DNA of 64,000 nucleotides from a virus (Duplodnaviria; Caudoviricetes): IMG/VR virus record IMGVR_UViG_3300045391_004375, positions 16,816 to 80,815 of that record; one strand, 5' to 3'. Shown piece by piece: positions 34,973 to 43,841 of this stretch (position 1 is its first letter; each line of letters starts with the position of its first letter). The notes under the pieces were generated by a model. It saw only the letters and a program-made list of their open reading frames with translations, ran no database searches and was not told where the DNA came from. The position numbers and the translations under genes were made by a program.

Positions 34973-37900
34973 ATGGGGAAGCGCAGCCTGCGGGCCCTGC
35001 ACTGGGTGGAGGCCAAGCACCCCCGCGACGACCGGGGCCGCTTCTCCCACAAGGGTGGCCAGAAGTGGGCCCGGAAGGTCGCCGACGAGCTGGGCGCCCG
35101 GTTCGGCGATATCCACATGGGCGCGGCCCCCGGCCGTGAGCCGCAGGGCAAGCTGCAGTCGTCCAAGGCCGGCGGGTTCCTGCTGAACACGAAGGCGGCA
35201 TCGGCGGCCGGCCGGGACGCCGGGATGCGCGCGGAAGGCCACCGGCTGGTCACCGAACTGGGCGGGATCCGCAAGGAGCGGGGCACCGGCGGCGGCAGCC
35301 CCGAGGGAATGCGCGAAGCCCTGAACAACAGCTCGGGCAGCTCCCTGAAGGCGACGGTCGCCCAGCTGCGCACCCACGTGCAGCAAGAAGGCGGCTGGCT
35401 GAAGGAGGAGCGGGCGGCGTCCGCCGGCACGATCTCGGTGGGCGACCTGAAGAAGGGCGACCACGCGAAGCTGGTCGGCCAGGACGCCTACGGCAAGCAG
35501 ATCTCCCTGAACGGCTACGTGCAGGGCGTCGGTGACGTCAACGTCCGCAAGGGCCGCAACCGCACCCCGATGAAGGCTGTTCAGGTGGCCGAGACGCCGT
35601 CGGGGGGCGGCGGCTGGCGGGGCACGGTGTACGTCAAGCCGGACCACATGGCCGAGAAGACCACGCCGAAAGCCGACGTGGCGCGCCTGGAGGGCCGCCG
35701 GCCGGGCGGAACGGTCCAGGTGGTCAACCCGGACGGCAAGGGCGGCTTCAAGGTCGAGGGGCGGATCACTCGGGAAGAGGCCGCCCGGCAGATGGGACTT
35801 GACAAGCCGGTTGGCGGCCGGAAGCCTGGAGGGGTGACCACCACCACGCCGAAGGCTCGCGAGCGGCGCGCCGAAGAACTGCGCATCAGCAATGACCCGA
35901 AGGACAACGGCGCCAAGATCAAGGCCATTCAGGACGGCACGCTGGCCAGCGCCAGCCTGTACCGCAAGGTGGCCGCCGGCCCGAGCGGGCAGCGCTCCAA
36001 CGTCGCCATGGGCCACATCCGGCACACCCCCGACAACCCGTCGGGTGAGTTCCAGATCAGCGACAGCGATGGGCGGCTGGTCGGCTGGGCGTCGCACACG
36101 GTCCGCAATGGCGAGCCGGTATTCTCCGTGCACTCCGAGAACTACGACGGGGAGCACCGCCTGGAAGGCTGGGCTGGGGAGCTGTCCACGGCCGCCGACG
36201 TGCTCATCAACGGTGAACACGCGGCCCGGGGCCGGCACGATTCCGAGCGCATCTCGAAGGGTTCCTTCGAGTCGTACGCCGGCAAGAACATGTCGGTTGA
36301 CCAGCTGGAGCGTCACGGCAACCGGCAGGAACTAGCCAAGGTCAACAAGGAGCTGGAGAACCCGGACCTTGCTCCCACCATCCGCGCCAGCCTGGAGCGG
36401 AAGCGGACCCAGCTGGAGGCCGACTTCGCCGAGATGATCGGTGCGTCGAAGACCCCCACGCCCAAGGCCCCGGAAGCGCCCCAGGATCGGCGCATGGCCG
36501 AAGTTACCCGCATCGAGAACGCGCGAGCCAACTTCGGCAAGGGCGAGGCCTCCAAGGCCACCGAGGTGGGCCGCAAGCCGGGCGGCGGTTACCAGTACAG
36601 CGACTACTCCAAGGCCCACCACGACATGGGCAACCTGACCGTCGCCGAGGCTGGATTGCCCGACAAGGGCGCGGTGCACTCCCAGTACCAGGGGATGCTG
36701 CGCAGCATCAACGAACTGAAGCGGCAGGGCCCGGCCCGGGTCGGCTCGAAAGACCAGTACTACCGGCCGATGACCCGCAAGCTCGAAGAGGCCGCCCAGT
36801 ACGTGCACGAACACGAAGGCAACCCCGACACGGTGGCCAAGCTGCGGGCCCTCGCCGACATCCACCGCCCCCACACCGACACCGCCCCCAAGCTGGTCAG
36901 CGGCGCCGACATCCGCTCGCAGCGGGCCGCCATGGCCTCCAGCCTCGGCGTCGACATGAACGACCCCAACCGGTGGACCCGCAGCCTCGGCGACGTCCGG
37001 CAGGAAGTCATCAGCAAGGCGATTCGGGACATTCCGCAGTACTACACGCACAAAGACCTGATGGACGCCCAGCAGCGGCTCAAAGACACCTCGATCCACG
37101 ACACGGAGGCGATGGACGCCGCCGCGCTGAACCTGCACCGCATCGGCGACGAGATCCGGGCTAAGCAGGACGACCTGAAGGCCGTCGGCACCCGGTTCCG
37201 GACCGCCCTGGAGGCGGCCGGCGGCCTGGCCGACCAGGAGGCCGCCGTCAAGGCCGACCTGCGCCGGATCAAGAAGGAGAACGGCATCCCCGGCGATGCG
37301 GCCATCAAGAAGTTGCCGAACGGTGAGCGGCAGGCCGCCGAGGCCGCCCTGTTCGACATCCAGAAGGCCACCCGGGCGCGGGTGGCCCGGGAGAACAACC
37401 TCAAGCAGGCCAAGATCGGCCGGGAAGTGCTGGCCAAGGGCGGCATGCACCCGGACAACGCCGCCGAGCTGGAAAAGCGGATCAAGAACGTTGAGGGGGG
37501 CGCGACCGCCGAGCAGGTGGCCCGGGACGAGCGCGAACGGGACCTGGCCCTGGCCGTGTGGCGACACGCCAAAGACAACTCCGGCACGACCGGCGAATAC
37601 CCGGCTGACCACCTGAAAGGTCTCGACGCCGAGGAGCAGATGGCGGTCACCGTGATGGCCCGCAACGTCGGCCTGAACGCCGCCGACGAGCTGGCCCAGG
37701 ATCTGCGCGGCCAGAAGGGCCTCAAGGCGCCGAAGGCGAACACCGACTACACCGGGTTCAGCGAGTCGCAGACCCGGGCCCTGCGCTCGATCGAGAATGA
37801 CCCGCTCCGGCACGCCCAGGTGCGGGAAAACTTCGGCCAGGCCAACGCCGCGCGGGCCGCCGACGAGGCGAAGCGGGCCAAGGAGCTGGCCACGGTGTCG

Positions 37901-38863
37901 GCGGTGGCATTGCCCGAACCGTCGGTCAGCCACGCCGACCAGGAGGCCGCCCTGGAGGCTCTCGCCAAGCAGGTCGACCCGAACCGGTTCAAGGGCGGCA
38001 AGATCTTCAACAACCACGTCATGGAGGGCGCCTACTCCGGATCCATCCAGGACGCCTACGGTAAGCGGGTCCTCAACTATGACGGCCGCAAGGGCACCTG
38101 GACCACCAGCAACGGCGGCCAGCTGGCCCCGAACCAGGTACATGCCTACATCACCGAGTACAACCGGCACGACCAGTTCGACCGGAACCCGAACTACCTG
38201 AAGTCCATCGTGGACAAGCAGGTGGCCCCCGAGTTCCCGGCCCAGACCGGCGGCGGCACCCGGGGTGGTGGGAGCGTGGTCGCCGACCTGCGGAAGATCT
38301 CCAACGGTTCCGTCGGTAGCGTCGCCAACGACCTGGAGTCGGGCGACGTCACCCCGGCCGAGGCGGCCGACCGGTTGGACCGGATCGGCCGGCAGCGGGG
38401 CCTGGACGGACGCACCCGTGGTCAGCTCAGCGCGGCGGCCCAGCGGCTGCGCGCCCAGAGTCGGGAAGACCTGGGTCTGAACCGGCCGGCCCCGGCCGGC
38501 GCGCGCATCGAGACGACCCGGACCGGCAACATCAAGAAGCCGCCCAGGACGCCCAGCTCGAAGCCGGGTAGCCGCACCGAGCAGGTGTTGCGGGACCTGC
38601 ACGCCGAGCTGGCCAAGCACCCGGTCAGCGAGCAGAAGATCGCGTTCTCCGACGCCACGATCCGCGAGGTGGTTGGCAGGCTCGCCGACGAGGTGGCCCA
38701 GGGCAAGATCTCCGAGGATGAGGCCCGCAACCAGCTTGACCGGCTGCTGGGTCGCGCGTTCAACTACGCCAAGAGCGAACAGTCCGGTACCCACGGGGCC
38801 CTCAAGAAGGCCACCGACGCCCTCGCGGCGGCGGCGGGACGGCGGCCGGGGGGAAAAGCGTAG
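34973..38863 (+). CDS. giant (1296 aa) putative virion-packaged/ejection protein
   Basis: WVEAKHPRDDRGRF N-terminus; lies between portal and MuF; GC3-biased throughout. Confidence 0.75.
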   Translation: MGKRSLRALHWVEAKHPRDDRGRFSHKGGQKWARKVADELGARFGDIHMGAAPGREPQGKLQSSKAGGFLLNTKAASAAGRDAGMRAEGHRLVTELGGIRKERGTGGGSPEGMREALNNSSGSSLKATVAQLRTHVQQEGGWLKEERAASAGTISVGDLKKGDHAKLVGQDAYGKQISLNGYVQGVGDVNVRKGRNRTPMKAVQVAETPSGGGGWRGTVYVKPDHMAEKTTPKADVARLEGRRPGGTVQVVNPDGKGGFKVEGRITREEAARQMGLDKPVGGRKPGGVTTTTPKARERRAEELRISNDPKDNGAKIKAIQDGTLASASLYRKVAAGPSGQRSNVAMGHIRHTPDNPSGEFQISDSDGRLVGWASHTVRNGEPVFSVHSENYDGEHRLEGWAGELSTAADVLINGEHAARGRHDSERISKGSFESYAGKNMSVDQLERHGNRQELAKVNKELENPDLAPTIRASLERKRTQLEADFAEMIGASKTPTPKAPEAPQDRRMAEVTRIENARANFGKGEASKATEVGRKPGGGYQYSDYSKAHHDMGNLTVAEAGLPDKGAVHSQYQGMLRSINELKRQGPARVGSKDQYYRPMTRKLEEAAQYVHEHEGNPDTVAKLRALADIHRPHTDTAPKLVSGADIRSQRAAMASSLGVDMNDPNRWTRSLGDVRQEVISKAIRDIPQYYTHKDLMDAQQRLKDTSIHDTEAMDAAALNLHRIGDEIRAKQDDLKAVGTRFRTALEAAGGLADQEAAVKADLRRIKKENGIPGDAAIKKLPNGERQAAEAALFDIQKATRARVARENNLKQAKIGREVLAKGGMHPDNAAELEKRIKNVEGGATAEQVARDERERDLALAVWRHAKDNSGTTGEYPADHLKGLDAEEQMAVTVMARNVGLNAADELAQDLRGQKGLKAPKANTDYTGFSESQTRALRSIENDPLRHAQVRENFGQANAARAADEAKRAKELATVSAVALPEPSVSHADQEAALEALAKQVDPNRFKGGKIFNNHVMEGAYSGSIQDAYGKRVLNYDGRKGTWTTSNGGQLAPNQVHAYITEYNRHDQFDRNPNYLKSIVDKQVAPEFPAQTGGGTRGGGSVVADLRKISNGSVGSVANDLESGDVTPAEAADRLDRIGRQRGLDGRTRGQLSAAAQRLRAQSREDLGLNRPAPAGARIETTRTGNIKKPPRTPSSKPGSRTEQVLRDLHAELAKHPVSEQKIAFSDATIREVVGRLADEVAQGKISEDEARNQLDRLLGRAFNYAKSEQSGTHGALKKATDALAAAAGRRPGGKA
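35799..35817. promoter_or_regulatory. operator-like site inside the coding sequence
   Basis: TTGACAAGCCGGTTGGCGG, 17/19 identical to the 24724 site; uses rare CTT and GTT codons. Confidence 0.45.
38851..38857 (+). other. candidate -1 ribosomal frameshift site G-GGA-AAA
   Basis: In-frame X-XXY-YYZ heptamer one codon before the TAG; the -1 frame is open and GC3-biased into 39019-40932. Confidence 0.65.
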
Positions 38864-38983
38864 GCCCGACGGAGAGCGGGCCCACGGAGGAGCCGAAGAT
38901 CATTCGCGGCTCGTTCACCGGCGGCATCAGCGCGAAGACCGGCAAGAAGATCCAGCCCAAGCCGGTCCGACCCATCCGACCGC

Positions 38984-39002
38984 TTGACAACTCAGTTGTC
39001 AA
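38984..39002. promoter_or_regulatory. perfect 19-bp palindromic operator upstream of the ART start
   Basis: TTGACAACTCAGTTGTCAA. Confidence 0.7.
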
Positions 39003-39018
39003 GCCGGAGGATGGAGGC

Positions 39019-40932
39019 ATGCCAGCCACCATGCCAGCGGCCCGCCTGTCGAAGCTCGACACCCCCGCGCTGATCGAGCAGTACGACCAGGCGATCTCCA
39101 GCCACAAGGGCCGGTACACCGACACCGCGCCCCGGCAGCAGCGCATCAACAAGATCGTCGACCTGTTGACGGAGCGGGCCGACGCCGACGACCCGGACGC
39201 CCTGGCCTGGTTCGAGAAGGAGCAGAAGACCCCCAGCGGGTCAACCGCCCGCAAGGCCGCTCCCGGAGAGCCCACGCTGGGCGTCACCACCTCGGCCCGG
39301 GGCCGCACCACCACGGTGACCCTGCCCGACGGCACCACCGAGCAGCGCACCAGCAAGACCCGCGAATACACGCACGCCGTGGTGGTCACCGCCGACAACC
39401 ACAACGACGCCACCGACCTCCAGGTGGACAACGCCCGCCGGCAGAAGTTCGTCGATGCCCTCCAGCAGTGGATCAACGAAGGTTCGGACACCTCCAAGCT
39501 GAAGGGGTACCCGACCGGTTCCCTCTCCCACGCGGAGCGGCAGGCCGGCGTCAAGCCGACCGAGTACTACCTGCCCGGCTTCGAGCCCACCCGGGTGCAG
39601 GGGCGGACCGGCGACACCTGGGAGAACACGGAGTTCAGCCTCCCGAACTTCAAGGACACCCGCAAGCTGAGCTGGGCGGACGGCCGGACCGAATGGGAGG
39701 AGTACGGCCCCGAGCACGTACTGAAGCGCAACCAGGAAACCATCGACAAGCAGGCCAAGAAGGCTGACCAGCTCCTTGCCGGCCCCCGCTACAGCTACGG
39801 CGTGTGGCGCTGGTCCAGTTCTCCAACGGCCGCCCAGGCCGCCGCAAGCCAGTTCGGCAACTACCGCAACCGCTCCACCCAGGTGATCGGGGTCGGGGGG
39901 GTCGCCGAGGCGAAGAAGGCGACCAAGCCGGTGCTGAGCGCCGAGGAGAAGGCCGCCCAGGCCGAGGTGCGCAAGCTCGCCGCCAAGGCTGCCGAAAAGG
40001 CCCGCAACGAGGCCAGTAACGCCGAATTCGTTCAGCGCAAGCTCAAGAGTGTGGCCGAGCGGGTCACCAGTGGCGTGGACACCCCCGACACTGCGCTGAG
40101 CACCGTCAATGACCGTGGTCTGAGCGTGCTCGCCAAAGAGCTGGGCGTGAAGACCCCGCGCGGCTACCGGACGAACCGGGCGATCAAGGACGCTTACGAG
40201 CGGTCGATCGTCGAGGCGATCATGGCCCGCGCCAACGCGCGCAAGAGCGCCGCCCGGCTCGCCGACGCCGAAGCCGCCGCCCAGAAGGCCGCCGACCGCC
40301 TTGAAGGTGCAGCAGCCCTCAACTCGGCCCCCGCCAAGGTCCGCGACGGCAAACTGTCCCTCCCCGGCTGGGGCGACGGCGAGCGGGCCGACGCCGCCGA
40401 TGCCCTGGAGCACTACCGGGACGTGGGCTTCGCCGACCTCAACCGGGACCTGCGGGCCGGCGTACCCGGCTCCGACAAGGGTCGGCAGACCACCGCCACC
40501 GTCGACAAGGTGATGGCCGCCTCTCCGCTGCCCCAACCGGTCACCGTCCACCGGGGCGTCGAAGACGCCGGCCACTTCAAGGTCGGCCAGGTCATCACCG
40601 ACCCCACCTACAGCTCCACCAGCGTCGACTTCGCCGTAGCGAAAGGCTTCGCCGGCAAGGGCGGGGCGGTCCTGCGCATGCAGGTCCCCGCCGGGGTCGG
40701 CGCGGTCAACCTGTCCGACGTGCCCGGCGCCCGCCCGGACGAACGGGAAGGGGAACTGCTCCTGCAGCGCGGCCTGCGCTACCGCGTGGTCAGCGAATCG
40801 ACCGTCAACGGGGTGCGGGTGTTCGACGTCGTGATCGAACCCGGCCCCATCACGCCGGTCCGGGCGGGCACCGGGCGTCGCCCCGGCGGCAGCCGACCGG
40901 CCGGCCCGCCGAAGTTCCGCCCCCGTGGATGA
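39019..40932 (+). CDS. VIP2/Alt-type ADP-ribosyltransferase (C-terminal domain)
   Basis: Y..LNRDLR, VHRG, YSSTS and EGELLL (R-S-E triad with ExE). Confidence 0.88.
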   Translation: MPATMPAARLSKLDTPALIEQYDQAISSHKGRYTDTAPRQQRINKIVDLLTERADADDPDALAWFEKEQKTPSGSTARKAAPGEPTLGVTTSARGRTTTVTLPDGTTEQRTSKTREYTHAVVVTADNHNDATDLQVDNARRQKFVDALQQWINEGSDTSKLKGYPTGSLSHAERQAGVKPTEYYLPGFEPTRVQGRTGDTWENTEFSLPNFKDTRKLSWADGRTEWEEYGPEHVLKRNQETIDKQAKKADQLLAGPRYSYGVWRWSSSPTAAQAAASQFGNYRNRSTQVIGVGGVAEAKKATKPVLSAEEKAAQAEVRKLAAKAAEKARNEASNAEFVQRKLKSVAERVTSGVDTPDTALSTVNDRGLSVLAKELGVKTPRGYRTNRAIKDAYERSIVEAIMARANARKSAARLADAEAAAQKAADRLEGAAALNSAPAKVRDGKLSLPGWGDGERADAADALEHYRDVGFADLNRDLRAGVPGSDKGRQTTATVDKVMAASPLPQPVTVHRGVEDAGHFKVGQVITDPTYSSTSVDFAVAKGFAGKGGAVLRMQVPAGVGAVNLSDVPGARPDEREGELLLQRGLRYRVVSESTVNGVRVFDVVIEPGPITPVRAGTGRRPGGSRPAGPPKFRPRG

Positions 40933-41881
40933 TCTTCAGCTGCTCGCGCTGGAAGCGCAGGTCCGGGACACCGTCGTCACGGACCTGCGCGGTTTCCTTG
41001 ACGAGTTGCTGCGCATCGGCACGGCCATCTATGTAACCACGGCCGGCTCCACCCACCACAAGCTGCCCGAACACGCCCAGGACACCCTGCGCGGCCTGCT
41101 CGTCGAGCAGCTCGACCGGATGCGCCGCTACCCCTACCGGGAAGTCCGCCAGGCCCTCCAGCACGGCGCCCAGCAGGCCCTGGCGACCGGCTCCTACGAC
41201 ACCGGACTGATCGGCCCGGTGGTCAGCCGGATCTCCGGCACGCTGCCCCTGGACATCCGGGCCGCGCTGCCCGCGCTCACCGCCGGCATCCGCGACGACC
41301 TGCACGCCGCCGCCCACCTGGCCCGTAGCGGCCCCCTCGACCGGTACGGCGACCTCATGTCGGTGATCGCCACCGCCCGACGGGCCGTCAACCGGGCCGA
41401 ACAGACCACCACCTTCGTGATCCACCGGGCCCACGCCGAAGGTGTCCAGCGGGCCATCGACCGGGCGGCGGCCGGCGGCATCGAGGTGGCCACACTGTGG
41501 CTGGCCGAACGGGACGCCTGCGCGGCCTGCCTCGGCTACGCCGGGGCCCTCGCCGTGCCCGGCGAACCGTTCCTGCCGGTGTTGTCCGTCCAGGACCCGT
41601 CGGCCACCGTCTACGGGCCGGTGTGGGGGCCGCCGCTGCATCCGCACTGCCGGTGCCGCACCGAACCATGGTTCGGTGGCCTGGACATCACCCCGGTGGA
41701 CCTGCCGCACGCCCTGCGACGCGAAGCCCAGCGTTCGATCGCCGCCGGCACCGCCATGGGGAGCCGACCAGCCCGCCTGCGGGCCGCTGGCCGGCTCGTT
41801 CAGGCGGCCGGTCTGCTCATCCCGAAGACGGTGGTCAAGCGGGCCCAGCGGGCCGTCCAGGCCGGCACGTTCGAGCGTTAG
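40925..41881 (+). CDS. MuF-like minor head protein
   Basis: W.AERDAC..C..PPLHPHCRC. Confidence 0.85.
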   Translation: MDDLQLLALEAQVRDTVVTDLRGFLDELLRIGTAIYVTTAGSTHHKLPEHAQDTLRGLLVEQLDRMRRYPYREVRQALQHGAQQALATGSYDTGLIGPVVSRISGTLPLDIRAALPALTAGIRDDLHAAAHLARSGPLDRYGDLMSVIATARRAVNRAEQTTTFVIHRAHAEGVQRAIDRAAAGGIEVATLWLAERDACAACLGYAGALAVPGEPFLPVLSVQDPSATVYGPVWGPPLHPHCRCRTEPWFGGLDITPVDLPHALRREAQRSIAAGTAMGSRPARLRAAGRLVQAAGLLIPKTVVKRAQRAVQAGTFER

Positions 41882-42333
41882 GGCGCCGAGGCGGGCACGA
41901 CGCACACGGCGTGCGCGGACTGGACGCCTTCGTCCCAGTCGCATACGCCCCTCTCGCCGTGCATGTTGCCGTATACGTGGTAGATCGTCACGGTGATGTG
42001 TCGAGGACCGTTCCCGGACGGCTTCACTCCCTCGATGGTGACCACCACAAGGTCCCCGGCTTTCACGCCGACCACCCGGAACCACGGCGACTTGGTCCCC
42101 TCCGGGATCGGCTCCGGTTCGGCACGGGTGGACACGTGCGCGAGCAGCGTGCTGTACCCGGACCACGTCGCGTAGATCACGACCGCGCGGGGGTTCTGCT
42201 TGCCCCGGATCACCTCGGCCGGCTCGCCGCCGCCGGACGCCCCCATGTCGGGGATCAGACCTTCCCACCAGGCGAACAGCCCGAAGACGATCAGCAGCGC
42301 CAATCCGACCCGCAGCTTGGTTGCCGTACGCAC
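41878..42333 (-). CDS. membrane-anchored accessory protein, antisense to the head genes
   Basis: GAGG RBS before GTG; N-terminal TM helix; C-terminal Cys pair. Confidence 0.6.
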   Translation of the reverse strand: MRTATKLRVGLALLIVFGLFAWWEGLIPDMGASGGGEPAEVIRGKQNPRAVVIYATWSGYSTLLAHVSTRAEPEPIPEGTKSPWFRVVGVKAGDLVVVTIEGVKPSGNGPRHITVTIYHVYGNMHGERGVCDWDEGVQSAHAVCVVPASAP

Positions 42334-42432
42334 GTGCGCCTCTTTTCGCATGTCACCGGGGCCGCGTACGCTGACCATGACGCGACGTCACCGGGAACCC
42401 GCGAGGGGTTCAGCACAGAAAGGCGGGTCGAG

Positions 42433-43587
42433 ATGACCACGGCACTGTTAGCGACCGTTCAGCCCGGCTTGCGTGCCGTGCTCCACACTGCCACACCACT
42501 TGGCCACACCGCCGCCGGCCGCCCCGTCTGGGCGCTGCAGGGCGGCCGGGGATCGACCATCGACTTCGTGGTGGACGACCGGGACGACGACACCGACCCC
42601 TTCGGGGACGACGAAGACGACGACGAAGACGACGACGAGGACGAATACGACGACGAGGACGAGTCGGACGAAGAGGACGACGAGGACGAGTCCGAGGAAG
42701 ACGACGAGGAAGACGACCGCCAGCAGGCCCGCCGCAAGCCGGCCCGCAAGGACGGCAAGGGCAAAGACGGCAAGGACAAGGGCGACGACACCGACGAGGC
42801 CGACGCCGACTGGACCCCGCCGACCCGGGAGCAGTTCACCCGCCTCGAAGAAGCGGTCAAGCGCAACAACCATGAGCTGCGGCAGCGGCGCTTCATCGGC
42901 AAGGCGATGAAAGACCTGGGCATCACCTCCCCCGAGTCCTTCTCCGAGTTCCTGATCACCCGGGGCATCAACCCGGACACCGGCGAACTGATCGACGGCG
43001 AAGACGCCGAAGTCGACGAGAACGGTAAAGTCAAGCGGCACAACGCGCAGACCATCAAGCGGGCCGAAGACCGCGCCCGCACGCAGGTGGTCAACCAGTA
43101 CCGGCCGGCCCTCGCCCTCCAGGCGGCCGAGTCGGAGCTGCGCGCGGCCGGCTGGTCGGGCCGGGACATGGGTCGGGCCCTGCGGCTGGTCGACGTCGAC
43201 AAGATCGATGTCGAGTTCGACGGCGAGACCGGGGAGCCCATCCTGTACGGCGTGGAGGACCAGGTGAAGGAGCTGAAGACCGAGTTCCCCGAGTGGTTCC
43301 GCAGCACCCGGGAGGAGCCGGAGGACCGTCCGGCCCGGGGTCGGCGCACCACCGGACGTCGCCGCGCCGACGACGAGGACGACGACCGGGCCCTGGAGCG
43401 CAGCGTCAGCCGGCGCACCCGCACCTCGACCAGCTCGGCCGGCACCACCAACGGCGCCACCAACGGGCGGCGGGCGGCCCGCTCCGGCGGCGCCCGCCAG
43501 GTCGACGGCGGTGGCACCGGCCGACGGGCCACCCGGCCGCAGACCTGGCTGGACAAGGTGGACAAGCAGATGATGCGGGGCGTGTAA
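42433..43587 (+). CDS. capsid scaffolding protein
   Basis: Directly upstream of the MCP; long Asp/Glu tract; KELKTEFPEWF. Confidence 0.75.
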   Translation: MTTALLATVQPGLRAVLHTATPLGHTAAGRPVWALQGGRGSTIDFVVDDRDDDTDPFGDDEDDDEDDDEDEYDDEDESDEEDDEDESEEDDEEDDRQQARRKPARKDGKGKDGKDKGDDTDEADADWTPPTREQFTRLEEAVKRNNHELRQRRFIGKAMKDLGITSPESFSEFLITRGINPDTGELIDGEDAEVDENGKVKRHNAQTIKRAEDRARTQVVNQYRPALALQAAESELRAAGWSGRDMGRALRLVDVDKIDVEFDGETGEPILYGVEDQVKELKTEFPEWFRSTREEPEDRPARGRRTTGRRRADDEDDDRALERSVSRRTRTSTSSAGTTNGATNGRRAARSGGARQVDGGGTGRRATRPQTWLDKVDKQMMRGV

Positions 43588-43841
43588 GCTCCGCCCGGGA
43601 AGTCTCAAAGGCACGCACGCGGGCCCCTTCAAGCCGGCCACCCCGGCGAGGGGGCCCGCGTGTCACTCAACCGACCGGATGTACCACGCGCGCCGAATAG
43701 GCAGGGTGCTTGGTCAACTGGCGTTTTGCCTGCTATCCTCCCGACCAGGTACGCCTTACAGTCCGTGACGGGCCGGCGTCTTCGCTCGCGACGAGCAATT
43801 GGTAAAGACTTTTCCAGTTGTGCGCGAGCGAGAGGAACCAC

